Assembly: GCA_964385625.1 (NCBI GenBank)
Contig: CAYLPS010000005.1
Location: 220 to 64,219 of the forward strand
DNA: 64,000 nt
Direction of reading: 5' to 3'
From: an uncultured Anaerolineaceae bacterium
GTDB taxonomy: Bacteria; Chloroflexota; Anaerolineae; Anaerolineales; UBA4823
In this document: one piece after another, positions 1 through 9,891 of the stretch
Layout: every line of letters starts with the position of its first letter
How positions within the stretch are numbered: position 1 is the stretch's first letter
Position numbers and translations under genes: made by a program
Notes under the pieces: model-generated
The model's input: the letters and a program-made list of their open reading frames with translations, nothing else
The model's database searches: none
Told to the model about the DNA's origin: nothing

Positions 1-926
1 TAGCTGGCCCGCACCAGGCGGATAGCCTGCCTGTCCTCGGCCTGCTCTGCCAGCTCACGGGCTTCGTAACACACGCTGGCCTGGCGTAACGCCTGCAGCT
101 CCTTCAGGGCGGTGCTGTGCTGCTCGAAGAGTTTCTGCACCACCTCGGGCAACTCCTGCCAGCCGGTGCTCATCTGCCCGGCCATCCCGGTGAGGGCATC
201 GAACATGGCGTCGAATACCTGCATGGCCTGCAAGCCGGCGATGAAATGCACTCTTAGCTTATCATTCTGGCGCTCGGTTTTCACCACCTTGAGCAGGCCT
301 ATGCTGCCCGTACGCAACACATGGGTACCACCACAGGGGGAATAATCAAAGTCGTCGATTTCCACGATGCGGATATTCTCAGTCACCTTGGGCGGGCGGC
401 GTAATGGAATCGACGAGAGCTCCTTCGGAGAAACGATATACGTCTTTACCGGCCTATCTTCATAGATGATGCTGTTGGCCATCAGCTCGGCCTGGTCGAG
501 ATCCACCTTACTGATCTCGCTGGCGACAATATCCAATGTCGAAGGGGAATAGCCGTTGATATTGGCCGATACAGTTTCGAAGCCGGCCTGGCGCAGGATG
601 CACTGGGTGAGCAAATGTTGGGCGGTATGGTGCTGCATGGCACGCAAGCGGCGCTCGGCGTCGATGCGGGCTTTTACCGGGCCCAAATCTAGCGTGCCCT
701 GCACCACGTGTACCAGGCGGTCGTGCTGCTCATCCTTGAAAACGTCCACCACGCGAGCGGAACCAATCTCACCGGTATCGTGCTCTTGCCCCCCGCCGGT
801 TGGGTAAAAGTAGGTGCGGTCTAGCACCGCTGCGCGGCGCTCACCCGGCAGAGAGAGAAGCTCCACCACCTCGGCCTCGAATTCCAGGATAGTGGGGTCT
901 TGCTGGTAGAGTAGCTGTGAATTCAT
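1..926 (-). CDS. AlaX-type alanyl-tRNA editing protein (AlaRS editing-domain homologue); 3' end runs off the window
   Basis: Absent from the ORF track because there is no stop in the window. Reverse-strand ATG at 924-926. My translation is MNSQLLYQQDPTILEFEAEVV...RAMQHHTAQHLLTQCILRQAGFETVSANINGYSPS...DYSPCGGTHVLRTGSIG. It carries the HxxxH and CGGTH zinc motifs of the tRNA_SAD/AlaX fold. The frame stays open to base 1. Confidence 0.75.
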   Translation of the reverse strand, partial: MNSQLLYQQDPTILEFEAEVVELLSLPGERRAAVLDRTYFYPTGGGQEHDTGEIGSARVVDVFKDEQHDRLVHVVQGTLDLGPVKARIDAERRLRAMQHHTAQHLLTQCILRQAGFETVSANINGYSPSTLDIVASEISKVDLDQAELMANSIIYEDRPVKTYIVSPKELSSIPLRRPPKVTENIRIVEIDDFDYSPCGGTHVLRTGSIGLLKVVKTERQNDKLRVHFIAGLQAMQVFDAMFDALTGMAGQMSTGWQELPEVVQKLFEQHSTALKELQALRQASVCYEARELAEQAEDRQAIRLVRAS

Positions 927-1136
927 GGCGATGATTATAACTTACCCTCACGAAATCCCGGCTATTCTATTCGTGTGGGCATTTCATACGTATGAGTGTG
1001 GAGAGGTATACCAAAATGTGAGGCCCAGGTGCGGGATGAATTGCTAAATACCATTGCCAAAATCGTACATTACGAGCAAAATACCGATACGAAGAGACTT
1101 TTAGCTTGATCAGGATAGCATCATGAAGGAGTAGAA

Positions 1137-1439
1137 ATGAACAGCTCGATCAATAATGCCATGGTGGGGCTTATCAACCAGCATCAAGTATGGGTAAAAA
1201 GTTATGGAGGAAAAATGAACGAGGATGAAAATCAGGATGAAAAGAAGGATAAGAACGTCGAAGTGAAGGTCCAAGGAGGCTCGACCAGCGCAGTTTACGG
1301 GCTGGGGATTATCGGCGCCTGCATATTCTACATGGGCAAAGCCACGACACCACGCGAGAAATTTATCGGCTTTCTGAAGGGGCTGGTGTGGCCGGTGTTT
1401 TTAGTGCAGGAGGCGCTTGAATTCCTGGACAGGGAATAA
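1137..1439 (+). CDS. small hypothetical protein with an acidic/lysine-rich N-terminal half and one hydrophobic helix
   Basis: 100-aa ORF. AAGGAG sits 5 nt upstream of the ATG at 1137. Hydrophobic segment AVYGLGIIGACIFYMG. No family recognised. Confidence 0.4.
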   Translation: MNSSINNAMVGLINQHQVWVKSYGGKMNEDENQDEKKDKNVEVKVQGGSTSAVYGLGIIGACIFYMGKATTPREKFIGFLKGLVWPVFLVQEALEFLDRE

Positions 1440-1445
1440 TAGTCC

Positions 1446-2867
1446 CTAAACGTCGAAATACAGGCTCATCTCATAAGGATGGGGGCGGTTGCGCACCTGG
1501 TAGTATTCTTCGTTGCGCTTGAAGTCTACCCACTGACTGATCAGCAGCTCGCTGAACACCTCGCCTGCCAGCAGGAAGTCATGGTCCTGCTCCAGGGCTA
1601 CCAGGGCGGCGTTGAGTGAATCTGGCAGGCTTTTAATATCGGCACGCTGGTCAGCGCTCCAGCTAAAAATATTGGCGTCGATGGGGCCGAAGCCGGCTTT
1701 CGAGGGATCGATTTGGTTAGCGATGCCGTCTATGCCAGCCAGCAGCATGGCTGAGAGTGCCAGGTAAACGTTACAGGTGGCATCGGGTGGGCGGAATTCC
1801 AGGCGGGCAGAATCGGGGCGGGTAGCATATTTGGGGATGCGCACCGCTGCGCTGCGGTTGCCGAGGGAGAAAAAGGCATTCACCGGGGCTTCGAAACCGG
1901 GTACCAATCGGCTAAACGAATTGGTGCTGGGGTTAGTGAAAGCCAACAGCGCTGGCCCATGGGTGAGCAACCCGCCGATGTAGAACAGGGCCGTCTGGCT
2001 CAGGCAGCCATAACCCTGCGGATCGTAGAACACGTTGATACCTGCTTTGAACAGATGCTGGTGGAAGTGCATTCCCGAGCCTGCTTCCCCATACAGCGGC
2101 TTTGGCATGAAGGTAACCGTCTTGCCATGTGCCTGCGCAGTCATCTTGCTGACGTACTTGATGACCATGGTGGCGTCACCCGCCTGCAGCAAGCCCATCA
2201 TTGGGGTTTCGATCTCCGATTGGCCCGGCCCGCCTACCTCGTGATGGTGGTATTTGACGGGTACGCCCATCTCCTGCAGGTGCAAGCTCATTTCAGAACG
2301 CAGGTTATAGAATTGGTCTTTGGGTGGGATGGCGTGATAGCCGCCATGGGCTGGAATGTAATGCCCATGCCCGCTCTGCACGCTAGCCCAATCGGCTTCC
2401 TGGCAATCCACACGGTAGCTGGCGCGGTTGACACCATATTCATATGATACACAATCGAAAATATAGAATTCATACTCAGGGCCCCAACGGCTTTCGTCGG
2501 CGATCCCGGTGGATTTCAGGTATTCCTCGGCGCGGATGGCGATATTGCGCGGGTCATTGGTGAACACATCATGTGTGTCCGCTTCCAGGGTGACGCAAAT
2601 GAAGCTGAGCGTGGGCACTTCCCAGAAAGGATCGCACATCCCGGTGGATAATTCTGGCACCAGCACCATATCCCCGGCTTTTACACTCTTCAAGCCAACG
2701 GCTGAGCCATCGAAACCAATCCCGTTCTCCATCAATCGAGGGGTAAATTGGTTGGAGGGTATGGTCAGATGGTGCCAGCGCCCCCACAAGTCGGTAAATT
2801 TAAGATCCACCATCAGGATGTTCTCTTCATCCAGGTAATGTCTAGCCTGCTCAAAGGTTTGGAACAT
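1446..2867 (-). CDS. glnA: glutamine synthetase, type I
   Basis: 473 aa. GS signatures present: FDGSAVG, KPLYGEAGSGMHFHQHLF, NPSTNSFSRLVPGFEAP, GNRSAAVRIP. Confidence 0.9.
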   Translation of the reverse strand: MFQTFEQARHYLDEENILMVDLKFTDLWGRWHHLTIPSNQFTPRLMENGIGFDGSAVGLKSVKAGDMVLVPELSTGMCDPFWEVPTLSFICVTLEADTHDVFTNDPRNIAIRAEEYLKSTGIADESRWGPEYEFYIFDCVSYEYGVNRASYRVDCQEADWASVQSGHGHYIPAHGGYHAIPPKDQFYNLRSEMSLHLQEMGVPVKYHHHEVGGPGQSEIETPMMGLLQAGDATMVIKYVSKMTAQAHGKTVTFMPKPLYGEAGSGMHFHQHLFKAGINVFYDPQGYGCLSQTALFYIGGLLTHGPALLAFTNPSTNSFSRLVPGFEAPVNAFFSLGNRSAAVRIPKYATRPDSARLEFRPPDATCNVYLALSAMLLAGIDGIANQIDPSKAGFGPIDANIFSWSADQRADIKSLPDSLNAALVALEQDHDFLLAGEVFSELLISQWVDFKRNEEYYQVRNRPHPYEMSLYFDV

Positions 2868-2945
2868 CGAGGAAGCTCCTCAAAGCGGGGATGGGTAATA
2901 TTCTAGGATAGATTTAATGCGCATCAAGAGGATACCTGATTTGCC

Positions 2946-3680
2946 TCATGCTGCCACTTTCTGGCCGCATTCCGGGCAAAATTTCGCCCCAGGATCAAGC
3001 TTGGCGCCACATCCAACGCAAATCAGCTCGGCTTCCACCCGTGCGCCGCACTCGGGACAAAACTTGGTGCCGGCAGCCAGCTTGGCGCCGCATTTAGCGC
3101 ACTTGAGCTCAACCAGGATTTCGGCCCCGCATTCAGGGCAGAATTTCGTCTTAGCGGGTAGGGGCTTGCCACAATTCGGGCAAGTGGCGCGCACGCCTTC
3201 ACGCCAGGCCGCTTCCTTCATCATCGCCAGGTCCTCTTCGGCCACCTTGGAGTGTGCCCAGATCTCTTCGGTTGTACGGCTGGCCTGGGCGGCAGCCATT
3301 TCCACTCCCAGGTCGGGGGCACACTGCTTGCACAGGCCGCGCTTCTCATTCCAACAGTTCTTGCGGCACACCCAGCTGGTGCAGCGCGGGCACTGGATGA
3401 AATCCGCCTTGACCTCCTCGATGGCCTTGAGGAAGGCATCGTCGTGGGCCTTTTCCCAGGTGGCGGAGCGAACATTTTCGCTGACATTCGACATGCCGCC
3501 AAACAGCCCGCCGAAGAGATTGCTTGCGGTGTTCAAGGCTGTGGCTGCCGTGCCCAATGCTGAAGCCTGGAAGCGGGTGCGGTAACCACTGCCACAGCGG
3601 TCGCACTTGAACTCAAATTGAAATCCCTGGTTGTTGCTCAAGTCTTCGTAATTACGGGTAAATTCAATGCGCTGACTCAT
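2946..3680 (-). CDS. zinc-ribbon domain protein with three tandem C-terminal CxxC-x10-CxxC ribbons
   Basis: 244 aa. C-terminal repeats: CPNCGKPLPAKTKFCPECGA / CAKCGAKLAAGTKFCPECGA / CVGCGAKLDPGAKFCPECGQ. Additional CxxC pairs occur in the N-terminal half. Confidence 0.6.
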   Translation of the reverse strand: MSQRIEFTRNYEDLSNNQGFQFEFKCDRCGSGYRTRFQASALGTAATALNTASNLFGGLFGGMSNVSENVRSATWEKAHDDAFLKAIEEVKADFIQCPRCTSWVCRKNCWNEKRGLCKQCAPDLGVEMAAAQASRTTEEIWAHSKVAEEDLAMMKEAAWREGVRATCPNCGKPLPAKTKFCPECGAEILVELKCAKCGAKLAAGTKFCPECGARVEAELICVGCGAKLDPGAKFCPECGQKVAA

Positions 3681-3826
3681 ATGTGAAATCTCCGATTGGT
3701 AGTTTATGGCTCAGATATGATTATAGCATTCGCCAATTCATGTAGATTAAAAAACCGGGTTAATTTTTCAAGGAAAAGTCAGATTGCTACAAATCGTAAA
3801 ATGGCTGCCGGGTTCAACATCTACCT

Positions 3827-4321
3827 TCAATCGAATCGCATACCCGCCGGTTTCTTCGACCCGGGCGTAACCGCCTTTTTCATGGCATGAACAGAAGAAG
3901 CATTGAACTTTTCCAGCCAGCTTTCAGGAGAAAGCAATGGGCGAAAGCCACCGTAATTGATATACAGCTCGCCGGCATCACGTGTGTTGAGAAGGATACG
4001 CCGCAAGCCCTTCACATCGGGGTGCTGCATCATGCATTCCAGCAGCCAGCGGCCCAGCCCCCGCCCGCGATGGGAGGAGAGCACAAACATATCGCAAATC
4101 CAGCCCACCGTGGCGGCATCGGTGACGATGCGCGCAAAGCCAATTTGCCCATCACCTTCATACATGCCAAAACACAGCGAGTTTTCGATGGATTTACGCA
4201 CCACCTGCATCGGCCTGCCCACTGACCAATGGGCGCTGGTGTACAGGAAGTGGTGGATCATGCCTAGGTCCAATTTCGATTTATCGGTGTCGATGGTGTA
4301 TTGTTCCCTTTGCCACTCCAT
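3827..4321 (-). CDS. GNAT family N-acetyltransferase
   Basis: 164 aa. Acetyl-CoA pocket motif HRGRGLGRWLLECMM, with GNAT-typical size and layout. Confidence 0.75.
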   Translation of the reverse strand: MEWQREQYTIDTDKSKLDLGMIHHFLYTSAHWSVGRPMQVVRKSIENSLCFGMYEGDGQIGFARIVTDAATVGWICDMFVLSSHRGRGLGRWLLECMMQHPDVKGLRRILLNTRDAGELYINYGGFRPLLSPESWLEKFNASSVHAMKKAVTPGSKKPAGMRFD

Positions 4322-4368
4322 GAATACCCTCGCGCATTCAGATTTTTCTTAATTCTAAATCGCTGACA

Positions 4369-5451
4369 TCATATTTTTTCAGGGGGTTTCACCACTGCGT
4401 ATGGCATCTCGAAGAACCCCCGCACCTCCCGATGGTGTTCCCCTCCCACCAGCTGGGAAGTTTGATAGCCAGTTACCTTCACCGATGTAGAAACAGCATC
4501 TTGCTCGTTCAGCTCCACCGGCTTACACCTGAGCATGACATCGTCTCTTGCTGGCAGGTTGGGATCGTAAACCCTAATCTCTATGCTCCCTGTGATATCC
4601 TGCTGGTAGCCGTATGCCAGCACCTGGTGATTGGAGAATATTAGCTTTGAAAGCTGCTTAATTGATGTGGCGTGTTCGTAGATCAACGCCAGCACCACCA
4701 AATTGCCCGCATCCAGCTTGTTACGGATACTGGCAAATTCATCAGCCGTCCGCCGCATGGTGCCCAGTGGTGTGCCATCGGGTAGGCTGGTCCACTGGGC
4801 CACCTTGATGGCCTGTTGACCCAGTCCTCCCAGGCTATCCATCTGCCGCCGGAAGAGATAGCGTTGCAGGCGGCTCCCCTGGCGGGGTACATCGATTTCC
4901 CGGGGTACTGGCCTGCCCGCCAGCAGTAAATCATAGGCGGCGGCGCACATACCACCACAAAGGCCGTATTTTGAAGAAATCTTGCGGGAAGTCATAAAAG
5001 CCGGGGTGGAATAGGGCAGAAAATAGCCCGAAAAACTGTTGGCGAACCGGAAGCCATCTCGGGAGGGGAGAAAGTCAACAGCTGGATTGACGGGCAGGTA
5101 ATATTCAGGGTGGAATAAGCCCAGGCTGGCTGTATGCTGGTGATCTGTACTGTTAACCGAATAATTAAACAGCAGGTATGGTAAATACATATCTGCCAAA
5201 TCCGGTATGCGCAGCGAGGAGGCTTTTTCAGTATGATCGGACATGCCTGGAAGATGAAGCGTGTGATAATCTAGGTACCGTAATGGCTCATAAGTCAGCT
5301 CGAATCGCCCCTGGTCATCGGAAAGGCCAGGTGTAATGGTCAGGTCGTCATCACCCTTGCCGGCGGCGTCTTTGTCAAATATACGCACAGCCACGTTGGG
5401 CATCGGAACGCCATTTGCGTAATGGACACTGCCAGAAAATTTAACCTTCAT
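4369..5451 (-). CDS. hypothetical protein; N-terminal transthyretin/carboxypeptidase-regulatory-like beta domain plus C-terminal putative papain-fold Cys-His-Asp module
   Basis: 360-aa ORF with a clean ATG. N-terminus: VRIFDKDAAGKGDDDLTITPGLSDDQGRFELTY. C-terminal half has ordered YGLCGGMCAAAYD ... NHQVLAYGYQ ... VYDPN, which fits a candidate C/H/D triad. No signal peptide seen. The CDS call is solid; the function is speculative. Confidence 0.55.
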   Translation of the reverse strand: MKVKFSGSVHYANGVPMPNVAVRIFDKDAAGKGDDDLTITPGLSDDQGRFELTYEPLRYLDYHTLHLPGMSDHTEKASSLRIPDLADMYLPYLLFNYSVNSTDHQHTASLGLFHPEYYLPVNPAVDFLPSRDGFRFANSFSGYFLPYSTPAFMTSRKISSKYGLCGGMCAAAYDLLLAGRPVPREIDVPRQGSRLQRYLFRRQMDSLGGLGQQAIKVAQWTSLPDGTPLGTMRRTADEFASIRNKLDAGNLVVLALIYEHATSIKQLSKLIFSNHQVLAYGYQQDITGSIEIRVYDPNLPARDDVMLRCKPVELNEQDAVSTSVKVTGYQTSQLVGGEHHREVRGFFEMPYAVVKPPEKI

Positions 5452-5590
5452 GTTAATTTATCCACTAGCTGGATTATAGCAAAAATGTCGGGTGTATATT
5501 GATAATGCCTCGCTGACTATGGAGACATATCAAATGGCGCCTGGGGTTGAAGAAACATTCCGGGGCGTCAGCGTAGGAAAGGAAGGAAGA

Positions 5591-6106
5591 ATGTCCAGTC
5601 CATCTCATCCATCTCATCAAGTGATTGACCTGCTTTGCTGGCAAATCGAAACTGCATTTGATTCACCTGACTCACAATCATTGCTGGCGAACCTGAAAAA
5701 TATTTCCCTTGAAGATTGGAAAACACCGCCATCCGGCGGCCACAGGACCATCGCGGATATCCTGGAACACGTGGGTTGGTGCGAGTGGATGTATGAAGAT
5801 TACGCCTTTGGTGATGCCAACCTTCAAGGTGACCAGCCTCCACTTGTTCCGCCGGAAGGCGCAAAGTCGAGGCCAGGCGATGAGCTCCTGGACTGGCTAA
5901 AACAAGGGCATGCAAAATGGCTGGCTTCAGTGCGTAACCTTCCCGACGACAGTGAGCTGGATTGCATGCGCCTTACCAATTGGGGAGATTATTTACCCAC
6001 GCGCCAAATCATCCAGATCATGATCGCCCACGATTACTACCATGCCGGTGAGATCAATCACCTGCGCACCCTGCTCCAGGGGAATGACCGCTGGGAATAT
6101 GAATGA
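5591..6106 (+). CDS. DinB family (DinB_2-like) metal-dependent protein
   Basis: The ORF track begins at 5492, but GGAAGGAAG lies just upstream of the ATG at 5591. His-containing helices DILEHVGWCEWMY and IAHDYYHAGEINHLR are typical of the DinB four-helix bundle. Confidence 0.7.
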   Translation: MSSPSHPSHQVIDLLCWQIETAFDSPDSQSLLANLKNISLEDWKTPPSGGHRTIADILEHVGWCEWMYEDYAFGDANLQGDQPPLVPPEGAKSRPGDELLDWLKQGHAKWLASVRNLPDDSELDCMRLTNWGDYLPTRQIIQIMIAHDYYHAGEINHLRTLLQGNDRWEYE

Positions 6107-6134
6107 TCGAGATTACCGAAATCCTGACTGGTCA

Positions 6135-7076
6135 CTAAAAACTTGCGATAGGCGGCAGGCCTAATTGTGCGCATAGGGCCTGGGTGTCGTTGAGGTGCTG
6201 CGGGGTAGGTTGGGCAAATTCCAGGCACCACAGGAACTGGTAGATCAAGCGCCGCTGCTGATATCTGGAATCGATGGGAATGATGGATTGATAGGTTGGC
6301 CAAAATGCCGGCCCAATCACCCCTCTCCAGAATTCCATGCGGGCCAGGTCAATCTCATGGTGACCCGCCCAGGCTTTGTCAAAATCAAGCAGTGAAACCA
6401 ACTGCCACCGCCCGTGCCGAAAATGAAAGAGGATGTTATGAGCATGCAAGTCTTCATGACACAGGCAGGGACCATGCACATCCTGGAAAAGATGTTTATG
6501 CAGGTCCAACAAGGGTAAAAACAGCTCAAGCAAGCGCGGGTTTCGAATAGAATGCTGCGCACGCTTCCGGAAAGCATCCAAAAATGGTTGGCCATCCTCG
6601 AGATTACCATCCACGCCCAACTCTCCAAAAGCGGGAAAATGGATGCTATGCAGCTGGGCAACAGCCACACCCAACTGCTGGTAGGCGCTATATAATTCTT
6701 CCGCAGGCAGGTGGTGCTGCACTTTCCACCATTCACGACCTGGTAGATAAACCCTCACCAGGTAGCGCCAGGGATAATCCCGGCAAGATACATCGACAGT
6801 CAGAATCTGGGGTATAGCAATGGTGGTGCGCGAGGCCACCAGGCGGTGCAGCATGGCTGTGCGGTCGAAATCACTGGCCATGGCAGCACCTGGCTCTGCC
6901 AGCTTTACCACCAATTTCATCGAGGGATGGCGCAACCATACCACGGCGACCAGATAGTCCAATCTTTGCTTGACGATTGTCTTCCGCACCAGTTCTACTC
7001 GGTTCCCGATTGTCTGCTTCAGCAACGCAACCAGCTGAGGTTGAAGGGCTGCCTGGTCTATCAAAGCCGCACTCAT
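6135..7076 (-). CDS. phosphotransferase enzyme family protein (APH/choline-kinase-like)
   Basis: 313 aa. Brenner motif LCHEDLHAHNILF and metal-binding LLDFDKAWAGHHEIDLA. Confidence 0.8.
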   Translation of the reverse strand: MSAALIDQAALQPQLVALLKQTIGNRVELVRKTIVKQRLDYLVAVVWLRHPSMKLVVKLAEPGAAMASDFDRTAMLHRLVASRTTIAIPQILTVDVSCRDYPWRYLVRVYLPGREWWKVQHHLPAEELYSAYQQLGVAVAQLHSIHFPAFGELGVDGNLEDGQPFLDAFRKRAQHSIRNPRLLELFLPLLDLHKHLFQDVHGPCLCHEDLHAHNILFHFRHGRWQLVSLLDFDKAWAGHHEIDLARMEFWRGVIGPAFWPTYQSIIPIDSRYQQRRLIYQFLWCLEFAQPTPQHLNDTQALCAQLGLPPIASF

Positions 7077-7363
7077 TTTCCCTGCATTTCAGGATCATTG
7101 TTCATAGATTCTTTTTCAGTAAGCTGTTCTCGAGTGGGCGCAGGCTTATTTATGCTGAGCTGGGGCACCGAGCGCCTGCTTGCCACCAGTAAACCACCAG
7201 TTACCTGGCTTGCCTGCGTGATTCCTATCAGCGAATGCAGGTCTGTCATGCACATCCCTCTCGTCACCAAGCAGAGTATGGCTGGTAAATCAATCCGCCT
7301 ATTTGGTTATTTTATCTTAACCCTGTAATAGGGCTGCCAGCTGTTTTTTAATTCATCCCCGTT

Positions 7364-8491
7364 TCACGGCATGGGCCAGATACCGTTCATGAAATCGGCG
7401 ATCATTCCCCTTAACTTGGCGTTATCCACCTCGTAGATGAACGTGGTGACATTCCGGTTTTCATCATAGGTGACGGCCGCGGTGAACATTTCCTGGGGGA
7501 ACGAGTCAACTTTGATGTTCTCGGCAGGCACTGCCCGGGCGATGCACAACAGGCTGCTGATCTCGCTAGGGCTGAGATTGGTTTGCACCGAGCCGATAAA
7601 TTGTGCCACTAACAAAGGCAATTTGGGCAGCATGGCAGGGGTAAGTAATTTTTCTCGCAGAGCATTGATAATAATCTTCTGGTATTCCATACGCTGGAAG
7701 GTGGACGGGATGCGGTTCCTTGCCAGTAATGAGGTGAACCGCCCATCCAGGTGATGGGAGCCGGCAGACAAGATGAGGGTGGGGTCGGGCGTCCCGTGGC
7801 TCCCATTGAGGTCAACGACGTTGCTGAGCACCACGTCCACACCACCCACCGCATCCACCATGCGCGCGAAGGTTGTCAGGTCCACCGCCAAGTAACGGTC
7901 CACCCGCAAACCATAATTGACATCCAGCGTCTGGGCTAATAAACCCGGACCTTCACCCGGACCATCATAATATCCCATGCCCCGGTTGCCGTATAGATAA
8001 GCCTGGTTCAGCTTGCCGTGCGTAATTCCATGGTGTTCGGAGATACCCGGGATTTCCACCCACAGGTCACGCGGAAAATCGATGACCATGATGCTGGGGA
8101 CGGTGAAATCGATATGTACGGCGTGAATTGAATCGGCCAGTCCATACAAATATCCCGGGCTGCGCTCATCCGAACCGATTGCCAGGATGGTCAACGTAGC
8201 CGGCCCGCCGCACAAAGGGGCAGGCGTGGCCGTTGGTGGGGCAACGGTTCCGGCTGGTTGGCTTGAAATGGCCTGTGGGAGCGGAGTGCCGGATGGTAAA
8301 GTCGCCTGCCCCGAGGGCGAAACTGTTCCCCCGGGAATGGAAGCAACCGGTTGGGTGACTGCGGTATAGCTGGGATAGATCAGTGCCGGCCCCAGGGGTT
8401 TATACCATAATGAAAATATGTACATCCCCGAAGCAGCAATCCCCAGCAAGGCAATGGAGATAACCAGCAGGATTACTTTATATCTGCGCAA
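7364..8491 (-). CDS. LCP (LytR-CpsA-Psr) family glycopolymer ligase, paralogue 1
   Basis: 375 aa with a TTG start. N-terminal TM helix, Pro/Thr-rich linker, then ILAIGSDERSPGYLYGLADSIHAVHIDF...PRDLWVEIPG..HGKLNQAY. Confidence 0.85.
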   Translation of the reverse strand: MRRYKVILLVISIALLGIAASGMYIFSLWYKPLGPALIYPSYTAVTQPVASIPGGTVSPSGQATLPSGTPLPQAISSQPAGTVAPPTATPAPLCGGPATLTILAIGSDERSPGYLYGLADSIHAVHIDFTVPSIMVIDFPRDLWVEIPGISEHHGITHGKLNQAYLYGNRGMGYYDGPGEGPGLLAQTLDVNYGLRVDRYLAVDLTTFARMVDAVGGVDVVLSNVVDLNGSHGTPDPTLILSAGSHHLDGRFTSLLARNRIPSTFQRMEYQKIIINALREKLLTPAMLPKLPLLVAQFIGSVQTNLSPSEISSLLCIARAVPAENIKVDSFPQEMFTAAVTYDENRNVTTFIYEVDNAKLRGMIADFMNGIWPMP

Positions 8492-8571
8492 ATTCGCTCA
8501 CTCTAAGCTGATTTTACTCCATTCAATGCATAATGTTGCAGGGAACAACCCGGAAAACGCTAACAATATTG

Positions 8572-9690
8572 TTAAGGCCAGACCCCGTTCATGAAATCCG
8601 CAAAATAGTGCCTCAGCTGGTTAAAATCCGCTTCCAGAATCCAGGTGGTCACCTTGCGGTAAGGGTCATAAATATGCCCGGCGCCGAAAATATCTTCGGG
8701 AAAGGCCACCATGCTGGTATTATCATCATTCAGCGAGTGACCCAGGCAAGCCAGCTTGGTGATATCGTTGGGACTGAGGTCGGTTTGGACGGTTCCGGCG
8801 AATTGAGAGAATAGCTGGGGGAGCTTGGGGATCATCGTAGGTGTCAACAGCTTGGCCTGGATGGCCTGCAGAACGATATCCTGGTACCTGGCCCGTTGAA
8901 AAATGGTGGGGTTGCGGTTCATGGCCAACTTAAGGGCCATCTGGCCATCCAGGTGATGAACGCCCGGCTCAAATACATAATCCGGATTGGCTCCATCCTG
9001 TTTTTCATTTAAATCAATTTTCGAGGAGACCTTGATATCAATCCCATCGATGGCATCCACCAGCTGCTTAAAAGTCTGCATATTCACCGCCAGGTAGTGG
9101 TCCACCGTCACTCCAAAGTTCACCTGAAGGGTGCGGGCAAGCAAGCCGGGACCTTCTCCAGACCCATCATAGTAACCCATTCCGGGGTTGCCAAAAAAGT
9201 ACGCTTCGTTAAGCTTTCCATGATCGACCCCGTAATGGTCAGAGATGTCGGGAATCTCGACCCATAAATCACGCGGCACGTCCAGAGACATCACTTCAGG
9301 CTTGGTAAAATCGATGCGCACCAGGCGGATTGCATCAGATAACCCGTATGAATACCCATCTTCGCGTGTATCAGAGCCAATTACCAGCAGTGTCATCACC
9401 GGCGGTCCCCCGCAAAGCGTCTGTTGGGCAGTGGGTTGCGGCTTGAATATGGATACGATTTTGTCAAGCAGCGAAGAGGGGGTCGGTGTGGGCTCAGTGA
9501 TCATCGCTGAGCTGTCCTCGGTAGACGCTGCCAATCCAGGATCATCCTGCACCCGGGAAGCAGGTGTAACGTCCTGATCCAAAACCGGCCCAAGAGGTTT
9601 ATACCATAGGGCGACCAGTATAAAAGCAAGGCCGGCCAGAGCGATAAACAGCTCTGCCCCCAGAATTTTGATCAACGTTTTTTTACTCAT
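8572..9690 (-). CDS. LCP (LytR-CpsA-Psr) family glycopolymer ligase, paralogue 2
   Basis: 372 aa. GAGGG upstream of the ATG. Same architecture as paralogue 1 and collinear with it: LLVIGSDTREDGYSYGLSDAIRLVRIDF...PRDLWVEIPD..HGKLNEAY. Confidence 0.85.
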   Translation of the reverse strand: MSKKTLIKILGAELFIALAGLAFILVALWYKPLGPVLDQDVTPASRVQDDPGLAASTEDSSAMITEPTPTPSSLLDKIVSIFKPQPTAQQTLCGGPPVMTLLVIGSDTREDGYSYGLSDAIRLVRIDFTKPEVMSLDVPRDLWVEIPDISDHYGVDHGKLNEAYFFGNPGMGYYDGSGEGPGLLARTLQVNFGVTVDHYLAVNMQTFKQLVDAIDGIDIKVSSKIDLNEKQDGANPDYVFEPGVHHLDGQMALKLAMNRNPTIFQRARYQDIVLQAIQAKLLTPTMIPKLPQLFSQFAGTVQTDLSPNDITKLACLGHSLNDDNTSMVAFPEDIFGAGHIYDPYRKVTTWILEADFNQLRHYFADFMNGVWP

Positions 9691-9891
9691 CCCTCAAATT
9701 CCCTATTCTATCCAACCTGCGCTTTTCAGGATCTCATCACCAGGATCAATGTGCAGGCTCGGCAGTATCAGTTCTCCTTCTCAGATTTAGGAATAATTAA
9801 ACCCTCGGTCAAATGGATGCGGTGAGATCAAACCATGCTCGACCCCATCTGAGGCATGTATCCGCACCCGGGCAAGGAAGATTGCTTGCTC

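Noticed and set aside
2868-2945. Glutamine riboswitch or other leader upstream of glnA
   Set aside because: Only about 78 nt lie before the next gene. I could identify no glnA-motif-like pseudoknot.
7073-7270. 65-aa minus-strand ORF whose TGA overlaps the ATG of the APH-like kinase (ATGA), considered as a possible peptide substrate or RiPP precursor
   Set aside because: It has a TTG start, no SD and no recognisable leader or core features, and there are no other RiPP enzymes nearby. The overlap could be chance. It cannot be supported from sequence alone.
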